From positions 13,887,375 through 13,951,374 of the forward strand of contig OZ316897.1 of NCBI GenBank assembly GCA_973895155.1: 64,000 nt of DNA, given 5' to 3'. The notes beneath the pieces are model-generated. The model had not been told where the DNA came from and ran no database searches. It worked only from the letters and a program-made list of their open reading frames with translations. Position 1 is the stretch's first letter. Each line of letters starts with the position of its first letter. The position numbers and the translations under genes are program-made. The DNA comes from Marsupella aquatica. Its lineage: Eukaryota; Plantae; Marchantiophyta. Below are positions 62,986 to 64,000 of this stretch, one piece after another.

Positions 62986-64000
62986 TTTGCCGGATTAGAT
63001 CGATTTCTTTCCCGCGCCTTCTCTCCCCCTGCCTCTAACCCCCAAGCAAGTGATCTACAGGAAAGCAGCACACCGAGAATCACTACTACGATATCACAAC
63101 CACCTCTAGGGTACCGGAGGACTAGCTCCTCAAACATAGGGGCCCTGCAAACAGCAACAACAGCCCCAAGAATTTGGTAAAACCCCGGACCCGAACCCAA
63201 AAACCTCAATCTCTCGGCCTCACAGCTGTTGGGTGGCGTGGGTTTGCCTGAAGCAAGATTCACTCGCTCTAAAGCACGAACCAACCCAACCGATCAATCA
63301 ACAACAAACGATTCCACCGACAAGCTAAAAACCATTCCGCCAGCAGACAGCAAGACACCCTCACCCACGCCAAGCTAAGCCAAGCCAAGGAATGCAATGA
63401 AAGAAATCCACCCTGCTTGATTGTTCTGGCTACCATACAGTGCAGTGCCGAGCAGCAGAGCAGCAGTGGTGGCGCCGGTAAGCAAGCAGGCAGATTTTAG
63501 AACTGTACAAGAAGCGGAACAGGGGATCGAAAAAATCGAGATAGGCTGGAAGCCTTCTCGTAGTTGATCTGCCTGATTATTGGACTCGGCCTGTATAAAG
63601 GAAGGTAAGGCAAGGCGAGGGCAGGCAGGCAATCGCTTTCGCTGCAGCAGAAGCAGACGCTGACTGATGAGCGGCCAAGCTCCGCAGCAGAGGAGCCCAC
63701 CACTAGGAGACCAACGAACCCAATAGGCAAACCAGAGAATCGGGAGGCAACAAGCAATGTCAAGACAGGGCTTGAATTTACTCTGCATATATTATTGGGA
63801 AGCAATCAAGACGCCAATGCACCGATTGTACCACGCCACGAAGGGCGGTTGAGTCCGACAGGCAAACGACATGCGCGCACGGAGACAAGAGCCCGGCGAT
63901 TTGGACGAGGAGTTGGAAGGGGATTTGCGGTCGCAGTCAGCTGCGAAAGGGGGACATCGATGCGGAGAAACCCAAGATTCTGCCAGTCCCCCTCTGCATG

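Overview
Eukaryotic nuclear DNA from a land plant. The GT-AG introns, plant-type tRNA, plastid thioesterase and L1 remnants fit a bryophyte such as a liverwort, but the species cannot be established from the sequence. Four host protein genes are supported: a two-exon 69-aa plant microprotein (24460-25376, +), MBF1c (33951-34385, -), a multi-exon CDC7 kinase (44166-50222, -) and a seven-exon plastid acyl-ACP thioesterase (60008-62985, -). There is also one tRNA-Pro(AGG) gene. The most unusual element is a spliced, decayed tyrosine-recombinase gene of the Crypton/DUF3504 type (36905-39081, +). It lies head-to-head with MBF1c, and between them is a tandem repeat whose unit carries a perfect heat-shock element. 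The rest is TE debris (L1 remnants, MITEs, foldbacks, a tRNA-derived SINE) and many local tandem repeats. Exon coordinates were derived by hand from splice signals and family motifs. No database search was run.
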